This document shows positions 60,205 to 64,000 of a stretch of 64,000 nucleotides of DNA, in pieces. Origin of the DNA: a virus (Duplodnaviria; Caudoviricetes); the IMG/VR virus record IMGVR_UViG_3300032038_000015, positions 1-64,000 of that record, one strand, 5' to 3'. The notes under the pieces are model-generated. The model had not been told where the DNA came from and searched no databases. It was given only the letters and a program-made list of their open reading frames with translations. How positions within the stretch are numbered: position 1 is the stretch's first letter; each line of letters starts with the position of its first letter. The position numbers and the translations under genes are program-made.

Positions 60205-61380
60205 ATGATAAAAACAATTCGAGTAATGTTACTCTCAAATAACAAACAAAAGACTAAACTATTCCAATATGCTAATACTGCTCGATTTGCTTATAATTGG
60301 GCATTAGGTAGAGAACAAGAGAATTATAAAAATGGTGAAAAATTTATATCTGACGGAGATTTACGAAAAGAGTTTACACAATTAAAGAAAGCTGATGAAT
60401 ATACTTGGCTGAATAATGTTTCTAACAATGTAACCAAACAAGCCATCAAGGATGCTTGTGAAGCATATAGAGATTTCTTCAAAGGATATACGAAATTCCC
60501 TCGTTTCAAAAGTAAGAAGTATTCAGTTCCAAAATTTTATCAGGATAATGTAAAAATTCAATTTACAGACACTCATGTAAAAGTTGAAGGATTTGCTACT
60601 TCTAAAAAGAAGAATAAGCAAAAATTAAATTGGATAAGACTTGCTGAGCATGGTAGAATCCCTACAGATTGTAAATATTGCAATCCTCGTTTCAAGTATG
60701 ATGGATTAAACTGGTGGATAACAGTTGGAATTGAATACGAAGATTACACTACTCTTCCATCAAATGAAGGTGTTGGAATTGATTTAGGAATCAAAGACCT
60801 AGCAATATGTTCTAATGGAAACACATATAAGAACATAAATAAGTCTCAAAAGGTAAAGAAATTAGAGAAAAGAAAATGCAAGTTGCAGCGTTCTATATCA
60901 AGAAAATATGAGAAAAACAGGAAAGGGGGAAGTTACTGTAAAACAAGTAACATTATAAAAAGTGAAAAAGAACTTTTAAAATTAAATCACAGACTAACGA
61001 ATATTCGTCAGAATTATTTACATCAGACTACTACTGAGATAGTGAAAACCAAGCCATCTTATATAGTATTAGAAGATTTGAATGTAAAAGGAATGATGAA
61101 GAACAGACATTTATCTAAAGCTGTTCAGCAACAATGTTTTGGAGAATTTAGACGACAAATTGAATATAAATCTGCGTGGAATAATATTAAAGTAATTATT
61201 GCAGACAGATTCTTTCCAAGTTCTAAATTATGTAGTTGTTGTGGGAATATTAAGAAAGATTTGAAGTTATCAGACCGTATTTACAAATGTGAGTGTGGAA
61301 ATGTAATTGACAGAGATTATCAAGCAGCTTTAAATCTAAAAAGATATGGAGAAAATGTGATGAAACAATCTGTAGCATAA
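60205..61380 (+). CDS. tnpB: RNA-guided endonuclease TnpB
   Basis: GIDLG, LEDL, zinc finger, DRD. Confidence 0.95.
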   Translation: MIKTIRVMLLSNNKQKTKLFQYANTARFAYNWALGREQENYKNGEKFISDGDLRKEFTQLKKADEYTWLNNVSNNVTKQAIKDACEAYRDFFKGYTKFPRFKSKKYSVPKFYQDNVKIQFTDTHVKVEGFATSKKKNKQKLNWIRLAEHGRIPTDCKYCNPRFKYDGLNWWITVGIEYEDYTTLPSNEGVGIDLGIKDLAICSNGNTYKNINKSQKVKKLEKRKCKLQRSISRKYEKNRKGGSYCKTSNIIKSEKELLKLNHRLTNIRQNYLHQTTTEIVKTKPSYIVLEDLNVKGMMKNRHLSKAVQQQCFGEFRRQIEYKSAWNNIKVIIADRFFPSSKLCSCCGNIKKDLKLSDRIYKCECGNVIDRDYQAALNLKRYGENVMKQSVA

Positions 61381-61557
61381 CACTTTCAAGTTAATACAGA
61401 TATGTACGGATACGTTAGTTCGGAATTTACGCCTATGGAGTGTACAAGAACCTGTTAGTAGATATTGTAGAAATACAAATCAAAAGCATACACTTTGAAG
61501 TAGGAATGAAACATAAAAGTTTATAACTTTTTATAAGTTTTCAGTAACGGTAGTGCA

Positions 61558-62073
61558 ATGGACACAATTAAACAATTAACAGAATTAGATTATAAAACAC
61601 TTATTATAGGTATTGCAGTAGTTGCAGGATCATTTAAAATAGTATGTAATTTTTTCTCATGGTTCGTTTCTTATTTGGGATTGGAAACTAAAAAGATGCG
61701 ACAAAAACGAGAAGAACATGAATTACTAATTACTACTGTTAAGAATTTAGAACTTCTACAGAATAAACAAATGGAAGATGTAAGGCAATCTATAAGACAT
61801 AATGACATGATAAAAAATGAATTGCAAAATCTCTCAAAAATGTTCATAGACATGGAAATTCAAGACATTCGCTGGAATATTTTAAACTTTTGTGCAGATT
61901 TATCAAATGGTAAGGAGTTTTCAAGAGAATGTTATGATTATGTATTTAAGTTATATGATAAATACGAAAAGGTTCTTATAGATAACGGTCTTACGAATGG
62001 TCTTATAGAGCAAAGTATTGCTTATATAAGAGAAAAATATCATGATAACTTGAAATACGGAAGATTTAGTTGA
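61558..62073 (+). CDS. Membrane protein of lysis cassette
   Basis: N-terminal TM; C-terminal NG motif; precedes endolysin. Confidence 0.65.
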   Translation: MDTIKQLTELDYKTLIIGIAVVAGSFKIVCNFFSWFVSYLGLETKKMRQKREEHELLITTVKNLELLQNKQMEDVRQSIRHNDMIKNELQNLSKMFIDMEIQDIRWNILNFCADLSNGKEFSRECYDYVFKLYDKYEKVLIDNGLTNGLIEQSIAYIREKYHDNLKYGRFS

Positions 62074-62084
62074 GGTGATAATAA

Positions 62085-62879
62085 ATGGCTAATACAGCAA
62101 ATAAGGTAATAAATGTGGCTGCAAAGGAAGTTGGTTACCTAGAAAAGAAAACAAATGCATGGCTTGGCAGCAAAACTAAAAATGCAGGCTCAAACAATTA
62201 CACAAAATATGGTAAGTGGTTTGGTATGAATGGTGTGTATTGGTGTGCTATATTTGTAAGTTGGATTTTTAATAAAGCATTTGGAAAAACAAAAGCAAAA
62301 GAATTATTATGTGGTGGATTTTCTGCAAGTTGTGAAACTCTTAGGCAACAGTTTATTAAAGCAGGCAAATATACAGGCGGTAAAACTACCCCCAAAAAAG
62401 GATATATTATTTTCTTTGTAGGTTCTCGCCATAATGGAGCAAATCATATAGGTCTTGTATATAAGGTTGAGGGTGGACGAATTTATACAATTGAAGGTAA
62501 TACATCAGGTGGATCGACAGTCGTTGATAATGGTGGTGGTGTAGCGTACAAAAGTTATCTTATTGGTTATGGAAAAATCCTTGGTTATGGTAAACCGTCT
62601 TATGACAAAGATGTTTCATCTTCTATTACTTCAACAAATTCTGCATCTGCAAAATTAACTGCACCAAAACCTACATTAAAAAAAGGTGTTAGTGGTGCTT
62701 CTGTGAAAACGTTGCAGAAATGTTTGAATAAAGCCATTAAAGCAGGATTAACAGTAGATGGAGTTTTTGGTGATGATACTTATAAAGCCGTTGTAAACTT
62801 TCAGAAAGTATATAAAATTAGTGCGGATGGTATTTATGGAACGAATACTTACAAAAAATTAAAAGCGGTAATTAAATAG
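62085..62879 (+). CDS. Endolysin: CHAP plus peptidoglycan-binding domain
   Basis: WCAIFVSW, HIGLV, IEGNT; LKKG..VKTLQ..DGVFG. Confidence 0.9.
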   Translation: MANTANKVINVAAKEVGYLEKKTNAWLGSKTKNAGSNNYTKYGKWFGMNGVYWCAIFVSWIFNKAFGKTKAKELLCGGFSASCETLRQQFIKAGKYTGGKTTPKKGYIIFFVGSRHNGANHIGLVYKVEGGRIYTIEGNTSGGSTVVDNGGGVAYKSYLIGYGKILGYGKPSYDKDVSSSITSTNSASAKLTAPKPTLKKGVSGASVKTLQKCLNKAIKAGLTVDGVFGDDTYKAVVNFQKVYKISADGIYGTNTYKKLKAVIK

Positions 62880-62945
62880 TATTAGATTATGAAAGAGCGG
62901 ATTCATTTGGATTCGCTCTTTTGTTATGTAAAGGAGAGAAAGGAA

Positions 62946-63437
62946 ATAGCACAGAATCCAGGAAAGATTTTTGAACAGTCGATTAAAGATTCTGTCCCAA
63001 ATACATGTTGGATTTATCGTTTCAGGGATAATGCAGCATCGTTTGGGAATGGAAATAATACTAGATTTGCTAGTAGTAATATTTGTGATTATCTTCTATT
63101 TGATGATGATTCAAGGACGTTGTATTTGCTCGAATTAAAATCAACTCAATCAACAAGTCTGCCATTATCAATGATTAGAGATAATCAGATTAAATCTCTG
63201 CAAGAAGCAAGTGAACATAATCTTGTTGCAGGATTTATTTGTAATTTTAGAAATGAAAATAACGACACGTTCTTTATAGAAATCTGCGATTTCGTAAAGA
63301 TGATGGAGAATATAAATAAGAAGTCGTTCAATATTAACGACTTGAAAAATAATAATGCTATTCAAATAAATAGCAAAAAGAAACGAACTAGATATACATA
63401 TGACATTCAGAACTTTGTCAACGAGTCACATTTGTAA
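62946..63437 (+). CDS. recU: RecU-family Holliday junction resolvase (probable ATA start)
   Basis: GKIFE, CDY, LELKST, NQI; RBS aaggagagaaagg before ATA 62946. Confidence 0.75.
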   Translation: MAQNPGKIFEQSIKDSVPNTCWIYRFRDNAASFGNGNNTRFASSNICDYLLFDDDSRTLYLLELKSTQSTSLPLSMIRDNQIKSLQEASEHNLVAGFICNFRNENNDTFFIEICDFVKMMENINKKSFNINDLKNNNAIQINSKKKRTRYTYDIQNFVNESHL

Positions 63438-63452
63438 AGGAGAAAAAGGAAT

Positions 63453-64000
63453 ATGAAACTTTTAGAGTTTGTAGAAAAGTATAACAACACAGCAAATAAC
63501 ACATTAAAGGAACAGCTATTAAGTAAAATAAAAATCACCCCATATGTTTCAATCATTAAGAAAGATGCTTACGCACAGCTAATTGTAAATAGAACCATGT
63601 TTGAGCAGGAATCTTATGATGATAACGGAGTAACAAAGTATCGTAAAACAGATAAGATTAGAATTAATTCTGTTGCTCAGTATGTACAGTTTTGTCGTGC
63701 TGTGATTGAATTATATACAGACCTTGAGATTGATGAGGATGATAAAGGCTTTATTAATGGATATGATGCACTCAAATCATCTGGTTTACTTGATATTTTA
63801 ATGGTTGGTTCTGATAAATCTGATCCACTTATTCCTATGAGTGAATTAAGTGAATTTAAAACAATTTTAACAATGAAACAGTCAGACACTCAGTTTAATG
63901 AGACAACCACTCAGGCGTTTATTAGTAAACAGATTGGAAGGATTTCTGATTTGGCAAATGCTACTCTCACACCACTTATGGACGTTGTAAGTAAGAAGCT
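63453..64000 (+). CDS. Probable tail assembly chaperone (partial)
   Basis: Open frame MKLLEFVEKY... to window end. Confidence 0.55.
   Translation, partial: MKLLEFVEKYNNTANNTLKEQLLSKIKITPYVSIIKKDAYAQLIVNRTMFEQESYDDNGVTKYRKTDKIRINSVAQYVQFCRAVIELYTDLEIDEDDKGFINGYDALKSSGLLDILMVGSDKSDPLIPMSELSEFKTILTMKQSDTQFNETTTQAFISKQIGRISDLANATLTPLMDVVSKK

Larger units (their letters stand above)
59483..61550 (+). mobile_element. IS607-family element (tnpA plus tnpB)
   Basis: GG cores; subterminal aacttataaaaagttata / tataactttttataagtt. Confidence 0.9.
1..64000. mobile_element. Large SPbeta-like phage/prophage segment (whole window)
   Basis: YonO-like RNAP, HU, metallophosphoesterase, terminase/portal/capsid/tail tube, holin/endolysin and RecU in SPbeta-like order; no host housekeeping genes. 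Confidence 0.9.

Noticed and set aside
62889-62945. ATG 62889 as RecU start
   Set aside because: No RBS, and it spans the terminator hairpin aaagagcgga...ttcgctcttt; the RBS lies before ATA 62946

Overview
AT-rich segment of a large SPbeta-like temperate phage or prophage of a Clostridia/Lachnospiraceae-type host. Bases 1-17.6 kb are a leftward early/accessory region of ~50 small, often acidic genes. It is driven by three tandem consensus sigma-A promoters and ends in a Xer-like tyrosine recombinase. Many gene junctions carry a short palindromic site with a 6-bp variable core, giving a cassette-like array. Bases 18-20.5 kb are non-coding (probable genome-end and origin signals). Rightward follow a UvrD helicase, a YonO-type single-subunit RNA polymerase, a ~620-nt closed structured RNA (ROOL-like), three tRNAs plus a tRNA minihelix, HU, a second tyrosine recombinase, a type I toxin-antitoxin locus, homing endonucleases and a DUF6273 fibre protein with a DGR-like variable C-terminus. 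Then come the terminase-portal-capsid-tail tube module, lysis genes and RecU. The phage carries several OMEGA-type elements: an intact IscB, two IS607 TnpB copies and RNA-only derivatives. All calls come from reading the sequence; no database searches were run.
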